Positions 16,276 through 26,123 of a stretch of 50,832 nt of DNA are shown piece by piece. Under the pieces are notes generated by a model. That model saw nothing but the letters and a program-made list of their open reading frames with translations, did not search any database and was not told where the DNA came from. The stretch spans positions 1 to 50,832 of the forward strand of contig CAKOIE010000005.1 in the NCBI GenBank assembly GCA_934086395.1. Reading direction: 5' to 3'. The DNA comes from an uncultured Bacilli bacterium (GTDB lineage Bacteria > Bacillota_I > Bacilli_A > RF39 > UBA660). Both the position numbers and the translations under genes were made by a program. Each line of letters starts with the position of its first letter. Positions within the stretch are counted from its first letter, which is position 1.

Positions 16276-18186
16276 TTCTGGTTCAATATACATTAAATCT
16301 TTTGAATCTATTTTATATGTTTCGTAAAACTTTTTGGTTGATGATAATACTCCGTTTACTCTTATTTCATTAGGTGAATGAGTATCAATTAAACTTTGTA
16401 ATACTTTAGTGCTTTTACTATAATTATTAGCCCAAACTTTAGCAAATGATTCGTAGGTTGTTTGATAATCTTTTTTATTTGCATTATTTTTTATTAAGAT
16501 ATTTGTAATGCATTCCATAGCGCCTAAATCAGCAATGTTTTCACCAATTGTACGAGTTCCATTATTAGAAACATTATGAATAATTTCGTAGTTGTTGTAG
16601 TACTCAATAACTTTATTTTGAATTTCTTGATATTTTTCTTGGCTTGATGCGGTGTACCAATTACTAAGAAAGCCATTTTCATCAAATTTTGAACCATTAT
16701 TATCAAATGCATGGGATATTTCATGAGCTATTATGAAACCAATACTTCCAAGATTTTCATATTTATTGTTAATATCTTTAATTACTTTAGTGCTTCCAGT
16801 TAATATATTAATTGAGTTTGATGTAACATCATAATAGGCATTAAATGTATAATCTGGTAGAGCATTAGTCGTAGTAGTTGTATCTAACATTTCGTATGAT
16901 GCAGATCTCACTACTTTGTTAAGATTAATAATATTTTTTACTAATGAAATATTACTATCAAAATCATAGTATGAAGAAAAATCTTTAATATAGTTTGTAC
17001 CAATATTTATTTTAATATTGTTTAGTTTAGTTACAGCCTTACTTTTTGTTTCATTATCCATCCAAGATGTATTTATCATGTCTTCATATTCTTTAATTAT
17101 TTCATTTGTAAGATTAGAGATATAATTTTTAGTATCTTCAGTTAAGTATTTATTGTTGTAATTTTTGGAAATCTCATTAGGATATATTTGTTTAATTAAA
17201 TCATAAGCCGTTTCTTCTCTAGTATATTCTTTACCTAATAAATTTTTATTTAGTTTGGTAAATATTGTTTCATAATTTTCAGTTGTATATACAGCATAAG
17301 TTTGAAGTATTTTTATTGTTGCTATATTTTTCCATAAAGAAAGATTACTATTTGTTAAATATTTATTTAATTCTTGATATGATTTTTCATCAACTAAGCT
17401 TAGTTTATCTATTTTAGATAGGCCTAATTCATTAAAATATTTGTTAATATCTAAATTAGTATAAATTTTACTTAACGCTGATTTATCAATAATATTATAG
17501 TATTTTTCAGTATTTAATAAATCATCTTGTTTTAATGAATTATTAGCTAGATTTGTATAGAAGTCATCGATTTGATTAGTTATATCTAAGACTTCTCCAG
17601 CGGTATAACCATATTCTCTTAATAGTTTGTTATTATATAATTTAAAATTATTTTTTACAGTAGTTAATGTTTCGTTGCTATAATAATCTGATGAATAACC
17701 GTAATCCATTGGAATTGATGTTATATATAAAATGTTCTTTCCTGTTTTAAAATCTTTCATGATTGATTTAGACATTAATAATTCAATACCTAGTTCTTTT
17801 TCTAGTTTTATTGCTTCAGTAATAAAGTCGTTAATATTTGTTGTTTTATTAATTTTATCTATGTATGGCTCTAAATCTTTTAATCCATTCTTGTTACGAA
17901 CATCAATATTTAAATATTCATTATAAAATTCTTTAATATTTTTTTCTTCACTTGTAGTTGGATTATTTATTATTTCTTTTACTATGTTGTTAGAATCATT
18001 AGAAATTTCTTTGTTTATATCATCAATATATGACCAACCATCTTTTTTATCTTTAATTGCTTCTTTATTTATGTATTCGTAATAATTATCAATATAATTT
18101 TTATTTAAGTAAATAAATGCAGTTATTATAACAACAACAAATATTATTGCATATAGAATATATTTTTTAGTTTTATTTTTAGTCAC
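16252..18186 (-). CDS. pepO: M13-family (neprilysin/PepO-like) zinc metallopeptidase with N-terminal membrane anchor
   Basis: 644 aa with HEISHAF (HExxH), ENIADLGA and the distal NAYY block typical of M13. TM anchor YILYAIIFVVVIITAFIYL. The GTG start overlaps the upstream permease stop by 8 nt. Confidence 0.85.
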   Translation of the reverse strand: MTKNKTKKYILYAIIFVVVIITAFIYLNKNYIDNYYEYINKEAIKDKKDGWSYIDDINKEISNDSNNIVKEIINNPTTSEEKNIKEFYNEYLNIDVRNKNGLKDLEPYIDKINKTTNINDFITEAIKLEKELGIELLMSKSIMKDFKTGKNILYITSIPMDYGYSSDYYSNETLTTVKNNFKLYNNKLLREYGYTAGEVLDITNQIDDFYTNLANNSLKQDDLLNTEKYYNIIDKSALSKIYTNLDINKYFNELGLSKIDKLSLVDEKSYQELNKYLTNSNLSLWKNIATIKILQTYAVYTTENYETIFTKLNKNLLGKEYTREETAYDLIKQIYPNEISKNYNNKYLTEDTKNYISNLTNEIIKEYEDMINTSWMDNETKSKAVTKLNNIKINIGTNYIKDFSSYYDFDSNISLVKNIINLNKVVRSASYEMLDTTTTTNALPDYTFNAYYDVTSNSINILTGSTKVIKDINNKYENLGSIGFIIAHEISHAFDNNGSKFDENGFLSNWYTASSQEKYQEIQNKVIEYYNNYEIIHNVSNNGTRTIGENIADLGAMECITNILIKNNANKKDYQTTYESFAKVWANNYSKSTKVLQSLIDTHSPNEIRVNGVLSSTKKFYETYKIDSKDLMYIEPEKRVNIWS

Positions 18187-19324
18187 CGAACAACACCTTC
18201 TCTTGATTATATTTTTTTATTATTAGAAATACAGTTATGACAGATAATATGAGTGTACTTATGATCGTCATTAAAATATTTAAAGTATTAAAGTTATTTG
18301 AGAATATATCCATAAGAATTTGAACACAGTTGACAATTGGAATTGCATAGTAAATTAAACTATCAGTTGAAATACTTAAGATGTTTGTAAATAAAGGTAT
18401 CATTGATAGGTATTGTAATATAGCAAGCTTGATTCCGGCTTCTTTAGCCGTTTTAGTGTTAGCAACTAGAATGGTTGCAAGAGCAGAAATTACAAGTGAT
18501 GATGCTAAACTAACACATAATCCAATTAAGATACTTTTAGTTGATACGGAAATATTCAAATTGCTAAATGATACAAAATAATGACTTGAAATAACTAGGG
18601 TTAATAATACGGATAAGAATTCGATTATTGATGCGGCAGCACTGGCAATAAAGTTAGCTAAGTATTTTCCTAATATTAGTTCTTTTTGAGATATTGGAAA
18701 ACTTAGGATAGTTTCTAGAGTTCCACTTTCTTTTTCGGTAACGGTTGTTGATATGGCCATTGACTGGGATGTTGATATTATTCCAGCAAAAATAAGCATA
18801 AATAGGGTTGAATAAATTGTTACAAGAATAAAGTCGCTACCTTCTAATTCTTTAAATTCATAATTATATTTGGCGTTTATTTCTTCATAATCAATACCTT
18901 CTCCTGCAACGTATGTTATTAGTTCATTGTTTTTTAATGATTCAAAGTAACCTTTAATTAAACTTTGTAGTTTATAACCATCTTGACTATTATCAGTATA
19001 AAAATAATACTTTTTTTCTTCTTTGTTATAATCTATGTAAGCATTTATATCTTTATCTTTATAGGACTTTTCCATTTCACCCAGATTATCATATTTAACT
19101 GTTTCTAATTGATATTCGCTACTTACGATGTTTTCGATAATATTTGGTTCAAAGTCAATTCCTACTTTGTATGGTTCTAAAACTTGGTTTTGATCAAACA
19201 TGACTCCATAAACTATGACAAAGAACATTCCAATTAAAGGCATAGCAAGTAAAGTTATAAATGTTTTTTTATCTCTAACGATAGAACGAAGTTCTTTTTT
19301 GATTGTTATTATTATATTATTCAT
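18179..19324 (-). CDS. ABC-2-type transporter permease (NatB-like)
   Basis: 381 aa. N-terminal TM, a large extracytoplasmic loop and five C-terminal TMs, which is the ABC-2 architecture. It overlaps the upstream ATPase gene by 8 nt. Confidence 0.75.
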   Translation of the reverse strand: MNNIIITIKKELRSIVRDKKTFITLLAMPLIGMFFVIVYGVMFDQNQVLEPYKVGIDFEPNIIENIVSSEYQLETVKYDNLGEMEKSYKDKDINAYIDYNKEEKKYYFYTDNSQDGYKLQSLIKGYFESLKNNELITYVAGEGIDYEEINAKYNYEFKELEGSDFILVTIYSTLFMLIFAGIISTSQSMAISTTVTEKESGTLETILSFPISQKELILGKYLANFIASAAASIIEFLSVLLTLVISSHYFVSFSNLNISVSTKSILIGLCVSLASSLVISALATILVANTKTAKEAGIKLAILQYLSMIPLFTNILSISTDSLIYYAIPIVNCVQILMDIFSNNFNTLNILMTIISTLILSVITVFLIIKKYNQEKVLFGD

Positions 19325-20069
19325 TATCTTCTCCTATTAATTTTAAAAACGCATCTCTAATGTTGGTTGTATTAGTATTTTTTAAAATTTCTTCACTTTT
19401 TCCGTAGGCAATAACTTTACCTTTATTAATAAGTAATAGTTTATCACAGATGTTTTCTGCTTCTTCCATATAATGAGTTGAATATAATATGCATTTGCCT
19501 TTAGTTTTTTCTTCGTTAATAAAATCTAAAATTGTTTTACTAGAAATAACGTCTAGCCCACTTGTTGCTTCATCTAAGATATAATATTTTGGATTATGAA
19601 CTAGGCAACGAGCAATACATGTTCTTTGGTACTGACCAGTAGATAAACTTTCAATTCTTTGATAAGCAAATGATTCCATATTAAATCTTTTAATAATATC
19701 ATTTATGATTTTTCCTAATTTATCCTTGGGAACTCCATAATATTCACCACACATTTTTAGTAATTCATAGGGTGATATATCCTTATATAATTTAGTATTT
19801 CCTGACATGAAAGCGATATTTTTCTTAATTGTTTCATTATTTTTTTGGTAGTTCATGTTGTCAATTAAAATCTCACCGCTATCTGGTTTCATAATTCCTG
19901 ATATCATTCTAAGTAATGTTGTTTTACCTGCTCCATTAGGTCCTAGAATCCCTAAAACTTCACCTTCCATTGCAGTAAATGAGATATTATTATCAGCAAG
20001 AAATGTTTCTATTTTATTTAGGTTGTTTTTTTTCTGAAAACTTTTTGTTACGTTTTTTATTTCAATCAT
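19317..20069 (-). CDS. ABC transporter ATP-binding protein (NatA-like)
   Basis: 250 aa with Walker A GPNGAGKTT, signature LSTGQYQR and Walker B YYILDEATSGLD. AAAAGGAG RBS. Confidence 0.9.
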   Translation of the reverse strand: MIEIKNVTKSFQKKNNLNKIETFLADNNISFTAMEGEVLGILGPNGAGKTTLLRMISGIMKPDSGEILIDNMNYQKNNETIKKNIAFMSGNTKLYKDISPYELLKMCGEYYGVPKDKLGKIINDIIKRFNMESFAYQRIESLSTGQYQRTCIARCLVHNPKYYILDEATSGLDVISSKTILDFINEEKTKGKCILYSTHYMEEAENICDKLLLINKGKVIAYGKSEEILKNTNTTNIRDAFLKLIGEDNE

Positions 20070-20466
20070 GTTAACTCCTTTTTACTATATACAAGTATAT
20101 CATTTCATAGACAAAATAAAAAGAATTATTGAAGTAAAAAATCTTTGTTCTACAACTAATAATTCTATGTTTTATTACTTTTATTCTTTACACTCTAAGA
20201 TACTATATCAAAATACAAATAGACTTCAAACTCTTTCAATTTTTCTTAATTTAAGTTCAGTAAAATTTGTGGATAAATATAATCATTAATTTCCTATCTA
20301 GTTCTATCAACTGAAAATTCTTTAACGAAAGCAAGAATTAATTCTTTTAATTTATATTTATAACATTTCTCCATTTTTTCTATTTTATTTGGTTTTAATT
20401 GATATACATATTTTTTATGATACTATCAACGTCTCGTATAAATTATTAAGTGTTTTATATTAAATA

Positions 20467-21801
20467 TCACTTCTTTTCTCGTAAATATCTTTTTAATAAA
20501 AATGTCATAAAATATGGAAATGTATAAAATTTTCCATTAAATTCAATATTTTTATTACATAATTTGATACCATATTTTATATCTTCATATTTTTCATTAT
20601 CAATTAATTTGTTTAATGATACAGTTGAATTATCATTTGCTTTTACTTCTACCGGAATAAGAGAATTTTTATCTCTTATAAAGAAATCCATCTCTATTGT
20701 ACCTTTTTCATTTTTATAAAAATATAGATTATATCCTTCTTTTACCAACATATCAGATACAATATTTTCATAAATTGCACCTTTATATGTATTAAAATTT
20801 TTATTTTCTCTTAAATCATTTTGTGCTTCAGCATCTAATGATCCAATTAATAACCCTGTATCAGCAAAATAAACTCTATAATTATCAGAATTATAATTAC
20901 CGCCCAACGGTAATGAAATATTTTCCATACAATAGGAAATATTAATTATACCGGAATTTTTAAGCCAATCTATTGTCCCAACATATTCTCAATTTCTAGA
21001 TCCGCTACTAATTTTAGATATTTAGAATTTTTTATTTTCATTACCTAGAAATGTTGGTATTTTTCTATAAACACTTAATATTTTTTCTTGGCCTAAGCCA
21101 CCAGCATATTAAGTAATATCTTCTTCGTAATCTAGAAGAATTTGTTTTTGCATGTCTAATAATCCACTATAATTATTTTGAGTTACAAATTTTGCGACAA
21201 TTGCAGGCATTCCACCTATAACCATATATTCTTTAAAATTTTCAAACATAACATCATATTGAATTTTTGATAAGGGAACTAAATCTTTCATACATTTATA
21301 TAAATCTTCTATTTGACTTTTTATATCCTTTAGCCCATAAAAATTCTTCAAAATCTAATGAATACATATTATAATCTGTTTTATATCCAACACTGTATGA
21401 GTCTATTTCTTTATAATTAATACCCATCATTGATCCTGAGCATATAACATCATACCTTCCATCTATTTTAAAAGGTTTAAGGGATGTTGCACAATTAAGT
21501 AATGCTTGTAACTCATCAAAAAATATTAATGTTTTATTAGGAACAAATCTAAATTTCGAATTTTTTAAAAAAATATTTTTAATTATTTGGTCAACTTCAA
21601 AACCATTCTCAAAAATATCAGAATATTCTTTTTGAACAGCAAAATTTATTTCAACAATGTTTTGATAATTATTTTTTGCAAAATACTCAATTGTTTCGGT
21701 TTTACCAATCTGTCTTGCTCCCCTTATTATTAATGAATAATGATTTTCATCATTTTTCCAATTAATTAAAAATCATCTATTTTTCTCTTTAATCTTACCA
21801 T
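20467..21801 (-). pseudogene. Decayed AAA_14/DUF4143-family ATPase gene (two frameshifts and three in-frame stops)
   Basis: GGAGG-N7-ATG at 21801. MVRLKRKIDDF runs to a frameshift in the homopolymer at 21768-21772. LINWKNDENHYSLIIRGARQIGKTE...FEEFLWAKGYKK runs to a frameshift in the homopolymer at 21318-21322. In-frame stops are TAA 21109-21111, TAA 21022-21024 and TGA 20989-20991. The C-terminal DUF4143-like part is ORF 20467..20928. Confidence 0.8.
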
Positions 21802-21824
21802 AAAATGACCTCCAAACTAATATC

Positions 21825-21952
21825 ATCACAAAATTCCTGCATTTTCAAATGGAATTTTCACATTTTTTCAACGTATTTTTGATGCAATATCACAAAATTC
21901 CAACAATATTTTAACAATTTTTCACATTTTTCCATTTTATATATATTTATTA
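21825..21952. repeat. Degenerate tandem duplication (about 64 bp) in the pseudogene upstream region
   Basis: ATCACAAAATTCC occurs at 21825 and 21889. AATTTTCACATTTT at 21853 and AATTTTTCACATTTT at 21916 are interleaved at the same spacing. Confidence 0.55.
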
Positions 21953-21956
21953 ACAT

Positions 21957-21987
21957 CAAAAAAGCAAGCAAAATTTAATTTGCTTAC
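21957..21987 (-). terminator. Intrinsic terminator of the fused ABC transporter gene
   Basis: On the minus strand, GTAAGCAAA-ttaaat-TTTGCTTGC (9 bp, one G-U pair) is followed by TTTTTTG, starting 9 nt after the stop. Confidence 0.7.
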
Positions 21988-21995
21988 TCTATATA

Positions 21996-24900
21996 CTACT
22001 CTGTTTTAAGTGCTTCAACAGGGTCTTTTTTACTTGCTATTCTTGATGGAATTAAACCGCCTATTAAAGTTAATACTACACTCAAACTAATTAATATTAA
22101 TGAACTAATTAATGGAAGTACCGCAGTTATATCCGGATTTCCTGTTAATTTATGAATTAATTGATTAATAAACACTAATAAAATGAGTGATATTCCAATA
22201 CCAATTATTCCTGATAGCAAACCTATAATAAAAGTTTCGGCATTAAATATCGATGAAATATTCTTTTTAGAAGCACCTATTGCTCTTAAAATACCAATTT
22301 CTTTAGTTCTTTCAAGTACACTAATATAAGTAATTATTCCAATCATAATACTTGATACAATTAAACTTATTGATACAAACGCAATCAATACATAACTAAC
22401 ACTATCAACAATCTTTTTAACAGATTTCATTAATATACCTGTAGTATCAGTATAATTAATTATCTTTTCTTCTTCGTTATTATTTTTAACTTCTTCATTA
22501 TAATTATCAATAAACTTTAATACATTTTCCTTACTATCAAAACTATTAAAATATAACGAAATCATGCTTGGATTTTCAATATTCTGATATCCTAAACTAC
22601 TTAAATTAGAGCTTGCACTTCCCATCTCATCGCTAGAAAATGCATTCATTAATCTACTTAATTCTTTTTCACTTAAATTAAACTTAAATGCCTTAGCAAT
22701 TTTATCTTGATCAACATTAAATGAAGAAGCAACATCCTTAAGTAAATTATTACTAAGTTCTCCAACCGTAGTTAAAATATTAACTTTCATTTTAGCTTCT
22801 ATCATACCATCAGCCATCTTGCTACCAGTTAGACTTACTGCACTAGATTTTAAAAATATATCCAAAGAACCATCAATTAAATCTTTATTAAATAACGCTT
22901 TAACTTCAGTCCCATCATTAAACGAACTATCATTTACCGAATAAGATCCAATATAACTATTTAAAAATGCAAGTAACAATCCTTTATAAGCATCTTTAAA
23001 TACACTAGATGGAACATAATAATTCTTTTCAAGTTCACTTAAACTATCACTTACACCGTCATTATTTATATATTCATTAACATAATCGCTAACTTTACTT
23101 AAACTAATAACTTTATAAACTTTATCATCTTTAGTAATACTTTCCCTCGGATTACTATCATAATCATTAATAAATCCATTCATAATATCATTTAAAACTT
23201 TATTAAAATCATTTAAAGCACCACTATTATCAGTACTAATACTTTCTTCAATTTTTTTAGTATAACCACTTGTCATATTTTTAAGTTTATTTTCATCTAA
23301 AGTAATTCCAAAAGCACTTTGAAGCATATCTTTATCTATACTAATCATATCTTCAAAATTAATATTCGTATTACTCTTTTTACTATCAAAAGCTTTATTA
23401 GTAAATACATCTATATTCTCATTTTCAAGTTGTTTTTTAACAATTTCACTTTCACTAGCAAGTTCAATAATATGTTTAGTTAAACTACTAGGATATGCAA
23501 CACCTGCCATTAAACTCATTGAAGAATTAGATGAATTAGGTGCAACTACCCCAACTATTTTTAATTCTTCCGCATTATCATATATCTTTTTAACATAATC
23601 ACTATCTTCACTTAAATCTTCATAAACTTTATATTTAGAATTATATTTATACATATCACTTGGATTAACTAACTTTAACTTAACATTCATTAAATCTTCA
23701 TAAGTAAATTCCATTGGATCATTTTTAATATTTACTTCTTTACCAGCCATAATATCTTTAATCATATTATTAAGTTCACTACTATCTCTTAATCCTAAAG
23801 AATAAACAAGTAAATCACTTATAGTGTTCTTACTTGATAAAACAATAACCATTTCATTATAATTTTTAGGCCAACTGCCTGCTAACACACTATAATCTTT
23901 TTCAAGTGAAGATATGTCATCAATCATTTGATTAAACACTGAAGAAAAAGAATACATAGAACTTGCACCAAAAGAAGAAAACATATCACTCGGATTTATT
24001 TTAGTAATCTTATGAGTAACATCCCTTGTATAAATTAAAGGTTCAACATTATAACTATACTTTATTGTAGAAATATCATTTTTAATTAAATCATAATTTT
24101 CATCTATATAACCTTTAAATGTCTTTAAATCATTACTTTTAACATTACCAAACATACTACTTATATATTGTTTTTCAATTACTTTATCTCCTTCATTATC
24201 ACTTTCATCACTAACCATTGTAAGTAACATATTAGTTAAATCACTATGCTCAGTTGTAATTGTTAAAGGATAACTAGCTAAAGTATCTTCTTGTAATTTA
24301 TCAATATAATTTTGAAATCCAGTCGATAATCCTAAAATAAGTGCAATACCAATAATTCCAATTGAACTAGCAAATGAGACAAGTAAAGTTCTTTTCTTTT
24401 TAATCATTAAATTATTAAAAGATAAACTTAGTGCAGTTATAAATGACATTGATGTTTTCTTAACATTATCTATCTTTTTACTAATTTTACTTTTCTCTTT
24501 ACATGGATTATTATCACTTATTATCTTTCCATCTTTAAGTTCAATTATTCTAGTTGAATATTTTTTAGCAAGTTCCGGATTATGTGTAACCATTATAACT
24601 AATTTATCTTTAGCAACTTCTTTTAATAACTCCATTATTTGTACACTTGTAACTGAATCCAAAGCACCAGTTGGCTCATCAGCAAGGAGTATATCTGGAT
24701 TATTTATTAAAGCTCTAGCAATGGCAACCCTCTGCATTTGTCCACCAGATAATTGATTAGGTCTTTTATTGATATGATCTTTTAATCCCACCTTATCAAG
24801 TGCCTCTATTGCTCTTTTTCTTCTTTCTGCTTTAGATATTCCTGCTAAAGTTAAAGCAAGTTCCACATTACTCAAAATAGTTTGATGACCAATTAAATTA

Positions 24901-25175
24901 TAACTTTGAAATATAAATCCAATTTTATGATTTCTATAAGTATCCCAATCTCTATCATTATAATTTTTAGTACTTATTCCATTAATAATTAAATCTCCAC
25001 TATCATATTTATCTAATCCACCAATAATATTTAAAAGTGTTGTTTTACCACTTCCTGAAGGACCCAATATTGATGCAAATTCATTATCTCTAAAATTAAC
25101 ACTTACATTATCAAGTGCTTTTTGAGTATAATTATCTACTTTATATTCTTTACAAATATTTTTAATTTCAAGCAT
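21996..25175 (-). CDS. Fused ABC transporter: MacB/LolD-like ATPase, large extracytoplasmic domain and C-terminal FtsX-type permease
   Basis: Start re-set to ATG 25175 (MLEIKNICKEY), which has a GGAGG RBS. Walker A GPSGSGKTT, signature LSGGQMQR, Walker B LLADEPTGALD. The C-terminal FtsX-like block is LERTKEIGILRAIGASKKNI plus three TMs. Confidence 0.85.
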   Translation of the reverse strand: MLEIKNICKEYKVDNYTQKALDNVSVNFRDNEFASILGPSGSGKTTLLNIIGGLDKYDSGDLIINGISTKNYNDRDWDTYRNHKIGFIFQSYNLIGHQTILSNVELALTLAGISKAERRKRAIEALDKVGLKDHINKRPNQLSGGQMQRVAIARALINNPDILLADEPTGALDSVTSVQIMELLKEVAKDKLVIMVTHNPELAKKYSTRIIELKDGKIISDNNPCKEKSKISKKIDNVKKTSMSFITALSLSFNNLMIKKKRTLLVSFASSIGIIGIALILGLSTGFQNYIDKLQEDTLASYPLTITTEHSDLTNMLLTMVSDESDNEGDKVIEKQYISSMFGNVKSNDLKTFKGYIDENYDLIKNDISTIKYSYNVEPLIYTRDVTHKITKINPSDMFSSFGASSMYSFSSVFNQMIDDISSLEKDYSVLAGSWPKNYNEMVIVLSSKNTISDLLVYSLGLRDSSELNNMIKDIMAGKEVNIKNDPMEFTYEDLMNVKLKLVNPSDMYKYNSKYKVYEDLSEDSDYVKKIYDNAEELKIVGVVAPNSSNSSMSLMAGVAYPSSLTKHIIELASESEIVKKQLENENIDVFTNKAFDSKKSNTNINFEDMISIDKDMLQSAFGITLDENKLKNMTSGYTKKIEESISTDNSGALNDFNKVLNDIMNGFINDYDSNPRESITKDDKVYKVISLSKVSDYVNEYINNDGVSDSLSELEKNYYVPSSVFKDAYKGLLLAFLNSYIGSYSVNDSSFNDGTEVKALFNKDLIDGSLDIFLKSSAVSLTGSKMADGMIEAKMKVNILTTVGELSNNLLKDVASSFNVDQDKIAKAFKFNLSEKELSRLMNAFSSDEMGSASSNLSSLGYQNIENPSMISLYFNSFDSKENVLKFIDNYNEEVKNNNEEEKIINYTDTTGILMKSVKKIVDSVSYVLIAFVSISLIVSSIMIGIITYISVLERTKEIGILRAIGASKKNISSIFNAETFIIGLLSGIIGIGISLILLVFINQLIHKLTGNPDITAVLPLISSLILISLSVVLTLIGGLIPSRIASKKDPVEALKTE

Positions 25176-25260
25176 AATTATATACCTCCTAGATAAATAA
25201 TATTTTATCACACAAGATAATTTTATTGAAGAATTTCAAAAATTATAACTATCAAAATTT

Positions 25261-25307
25261 AAAAAAAAATAAAAGGATAACCCCTCCGATTAACGGTGAA
25301 ACCATCC
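25261..25307 (-). terminator. Strong intrinsic terminator upstream of the ABC transporter gene (strand-specific)
   Basis: The minus-strand RNA GGAUGGUUUCACCG-UUAAU-CGGAGGGGUUAUCC forms 13 pairs including 5 G-U, which can only form on this strand. It is followed by UUUUAUUUUUUUUU. Confidence 0.7.
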
Positions 25308-25409
25308 ATTGAAAAATATTATTAAAATGACTACAATAATTCAAATAAAACAAACAAATTTTTTAATCAAAAAATGTAACTATACTGGTACTTCAGCACG
25401 GCCTCATTT
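25261..25409 (-). ncRNA. Putative leader RNA or small RNA of about 150 nt (unknown class) between an orphan promoter and the terminator
   Basis: Bounded by an extended -10 promoter and the terminator. It contains two locally GC-rich islands (GAGGCCGTGCTGAAGTACCAG and the terminator) in otherwise AT-rich spacer. Confidence 0.35.
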
Positions 25410-25415
25410 CAAGAA

Positions 25416-25424
25416 ATTATAGCA
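25416..25424 (-). promoter_or_regulatory. Extended -10 promoter element (TGCTATAAT)
   Basis: The minus strand reads TGCTATAAT. There is no good -35 box, and no ORF follows before the terminator. Confidence 0.45.
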
Positions 25425-25553
25425 ATTTAAAAATGTTAAAAAAAACTATAATTACAATATATTAAAAATTATTACAAAACTTTACACATTACTTAACAAA
25501 TAATTGTAAAAATTCCTAAAAATATATTATATTTATTATAGAAGAGGTAATTT

Positions 25554-26120
25554 ATGGAAATAACAAATAAAAATCCTAAAATAATAATGCTAGCTGGTAA
25601 AGCTCGTGCTGGTAAAGATACAACAGCTAGTTTTATTAAAGAATATGGAGAAAAAAATAATTTAAAAGTTATAAACTTACAATTTAGTTTTTATATTAAA
25701 TATTATGCTAAATTAATAAGTTCATGGGATGGCTCTGAAGAAACTAAACCTAGAACCCTATTACAACAACTAGGTACTGATATTATTAGAGACAAAATTG
25801 ATAATTATTATTTTATTAAAAGAATCGTTGATGATATTAAGGTGCTTAGCTATTTTGCAGATATTATAACTATAAGTGATGCAAGATTACCGGAAGAATT
25901 AGATACAATAAATAGTACATACTCAAATGTCATCAAAATAAATATAGTTAGACCAGAATTTGATAATAGTTTAAACCAAACCGAAAGTGTTCACAGAACT
26001 GAAACAGCTCTAGACAATTATAATAAATATAACTATGAAATTATTAATGAAGGTACATTAGAAGAATTAAAAACAAATATATTTGATCTATTAGATCATG
26101 ATTATGGAAAGAAGGAATAA
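25554..26120 (+). CDS. P-loop kinase resembling phage T5-type deoxynucleoside-monophosphate kinases
   Basis: 188 aa with IIMLAGKARAGKDTTA (Walker A), RTLLQQLGTDIIR, and ISDARLPEE...HRTE blocks as in dNMP-kinase-like proteins. Confidence 0.55.
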   Translation: MEITNKNPKIIMLAGKARAGKDTTASFIKEYGEKNNLKVINLQFSFYIKYYAKLISSWDGSEETKPRTLLQQLGTDIIRDKIDNYYFIKRIVDDIKVLSYFADIITISDARLPEELDTINSTYSNVIKINIVRPEFDNSLNQTESVHRTETALDNYNKYNYEIINEGTLEELKTNIFDLLDHDYGKKE

Positions 26121-26123
26121 AAA

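Noticed and set aside
20068-20289. 73-aa intergenic ORF. The same applies to 36673..36900 (75 aa).
   Set aside because: Neither has an RBS, both are low-complexity, and no motif is recognisable. One overlaps the start codon of the neighbouring gene and the other the jetD 3' end and terminator. Most likely both are non-coding spacer.
25176-25450. Assigning the leader upstream of the ABC gene to a known class (T-box, known riboswitch, leader-peptide attenuator).
   Set aside because: I could find no T-box consensus, specifier-loop layout or recognisable riboswitch core. The only ORFs are a 4-codon one at the predicted 5' end and SD-less frames through the terminator. The class is left as unknown.
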